Shown piece after piece: positions 62,140 through 64,000 of a stretch of DNA of 64,000 bases. Below the pieces are notes generated by a model that was given only the letters and a program-made list of their open reading frames with translations, was not told the DNA's origin and did no database searches. Numbering within the stretch: the first letter of the stretch is position 1; each line of letters begins with the position of its first letter. Source of the DNA: Raja brachyura (taxonomy: Eukaryota); assembly GCA_963514005.1 (NCBI GenBank), contig OY740792.1:61690001-61754000 (forward strand), written 5' to 3'. The position numbers and the translations under genes are program-made.

Positions 62140-62276
62140 TGAAGAAGGTGGTGAGATCGGTGAAGTGGTCCAGGGTGGGGAGTGTAGAGAACGTGGAGCC
62201 GGTGAGGAGGGAGCGCCATGGGGATGAACATGCCATCTACCTGCTGCTGGGACAGAACTGTCCCCGTGAATCGTGA
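62140..62276 (+). CDS. VJ-C1 receptor gene, putative terminal cytoplasmic exon with YxxL motif
   Basis: ttttcctctttggtttattgcag|TG phase-1 acceptor; (M)KKVVRSVKW...DEHAIYLLLGQNCPRES*; basic juxtamembrane residues. Confidence 0.68.
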
Positions 62277-62700
62277 ACGCACCCACCAGAGGCCACCCCA
62301 CAGTCAGCGCATCGGGAACGTCCAGTCTCCAAACAGTGTTCGTCTACAAACCCGGCACCGCTCTTGCTGTCTACAGCTGGGGACTCGTTCAATATTACTC
62401 TGCAAATTCTTCTGGGGAACTATTAACTAAATATCCATGTCAACTGGTTTCATGCTGCAATTTGGACAATCCCCTTCCGTATGAAGAAGGGTCCCGACCC
62501 GAAACGGCACCTATTCAAGTTCTCCGGAGATGCTGCCTGACCTGCTGAGTTACTCCAGCGCTTTGTGTCTTTTTTGTGTATTAGCCAGCACCTGCACTTC
62601 TTTTGTTTCTAGTAAATGTGTAGGCTGTGTGGAGCTCCGTGAAGCACGGTGTTGCTTCTTGAAGCTTGGAACCCTGTCCCTGAGCTCCGAACCTCTGTGG

Positions 62701-62706
62701 AATAAA
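62701..62706 (+). promoter_or_regulatory. Candidate polyadenylation signal for the VJ-C1 gene
   Basis: First AATAAA seen downstream of the stop at 62276. Confidence 0.35.
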
Positions 62707-62724
62707 ACCAGCAGGAGGCGAGGG

Positions 62725-63025
62725 GAGGCACAGTGGTAGAGCCGCTACCTCACAGCGCCTGTGACCCGAATTCAATCCTGACCGCGGGTGCTGTCTCTGT
62801 GGAGTTTGCACGTTTTCCCAGTGACCGCAAATGTCTCCTCCAGGCGCTCCGGTTTCCTCCCACATCACAAAGACGTGCGGGTTTGTAGGTTAATTGGCAA
62901 TTTGCTCCCTAGTGTGTAGGGAGTGGACGGGAAAGTGGGATAGCATGGAACTAGTGTGAACGGGTGGTGGATGGTCGGTGTGGACTCGGTGGGCTGAAGG
63001 GCCTGTTTCCTTGCGGTGTCTTTCA
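62725..63025 (+). mobile_element. tRNA-derived SINE (HE1-like)
   Basis: ggcacagtggtagagccgctacctcacagcgcc...ttcaatcc head, CR1-like tail. Confidence 0.8.
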
Positions 63026-63619
63026 ATCTTCCAATCTCACATCCGTGATCAGACGTAACATCCACGCTGCCTGATGTTTTGCTTTGTGAAATATGGGAAT
63101 AAATGTCTTGAGAAATTGCACAAAAAGCAAGTCCTCTCCTTCTATGAAGCTGTAGAAAGGAGAACTTCTGCGGACTGGAATCATCACTCATTTTCCCCAC
63201 ATATTACCTCGGTTCAGATTCAGTGCAAAATCCACTGGCTGCCCTACATTGGCAATGAGCCACTTATAATTCAGTAAATCACACAGTGCTGAAGGACCTC
63301 CGCATGTCAGGCAGCATCTGTGGAGAGAATGGACAGATAACGTCTCCGGTCCTCTTCTGACTGAAGCTAGAAAGGAGGGGTGGGGGTGGGATAATGAGGA
63401 AGGGTCTCAACCCAAAACGTCACCAGTTCCTTCTCTTCAGAGATGCTGCCTGTCCCGCTGAGTTACTCCAGCATTTCGAGCCTATCTTCTAGGGGTGGGA
63501 CAAGCCGAACAGTGAATTATTTATTGTCACATGTAACGAGGTTCAGTGAACAGCTTTTGTTGCAAGGTAAAGCCAGCAAAGTCCAATCAAGGATAGTCCG
63601 AGGGTCACCAATGAGGTAG

Positions 63620-64000
63620 ATAGTAGTTCAGCGCTGCTCTCTGGTTGTGGTAGGATGATTCAGTTGCCTGATAACAGCTGGGAAGAAACTGTCCCTGAAT
63701 CTGGAGGTGTGCGTTTTCACACTTCTGTACCGTTTGCCTGATGGGAGAGTGGAGAAGAGGGAGTGGCCAGGGTGCGACTCGTCCTTGATTACGCTGCTGG
63801 CCTTGCCGAGGCAGCGTGAGATATAAATGGAGTCAATGGAAGGGAGGTTGGTTTGTGTGATGGTCTGGGCTGCGTCCACAATTCGCTGCACTTCCTTACT
63901 GTCCTGGATGGAGCTGTTCCCAAACCAAGCTGTGATACATCCCGATAAAATGCTTTCTGTGGTGCATCTGTAGAAGTTGGTGGGAGTTGCAGGGGACATG
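63620..64000 (-). mobile_element. Rex1-type 3' fragment running off the window end
   Basis: NFYRCTTESILSGCITAWFG...KDESHPGHSLF..LPSGKRYRS. Confidence 0.8.

Overview
Repeat-dense vertebrate DNA, almost certainly a cartilaginous fish (skate/ray-like), judged from the tRNA-derived HE1-type SINEs, CR1, Penelope, Rex1-type and L1 elements. Two spliced immunoglobulin-superfamily genes lie divergently, about 30 kb apart. (1) Minus strand: a B7-family HHLA2 (B7-H7)-like gene with a putative leader exon plus IgV, IgC and IgV exons, all phase 1; its TM/cytoplasmic exons were not found and probably lie left of the window. (2) Plus strand: a complete 5-exon, 319-aa non-rearranging receptor (leader - germline-joined VJ - C1 - TM - tail with a YxxL motif) whose V domain resembles TMIGD2/CD28H, the mammalian HHLA2 receptor, and carries a CD28/CTLA4-like IPPP loop. 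The best candidate novel system is therefore a physically linked B7 ligand and CD28H-like VJ-C1 receptor pair. A second highlight is a 153-bp SINE-like insertion with an 11-bp TSD whose 5' end is a complete 54-nt minimal HDV/CPEB3-like ribozyme fold. The rest is nested transposons (L1 in L1, Rex1 in CR1, hAT/Harbinger MITEs, Tc1, inverted THAP element, Hero remnant), minisatellites and two N gaps. Homology calls rest on motif recognition from memory, not on database searches; repeat boundaries without TSDs are approximate.
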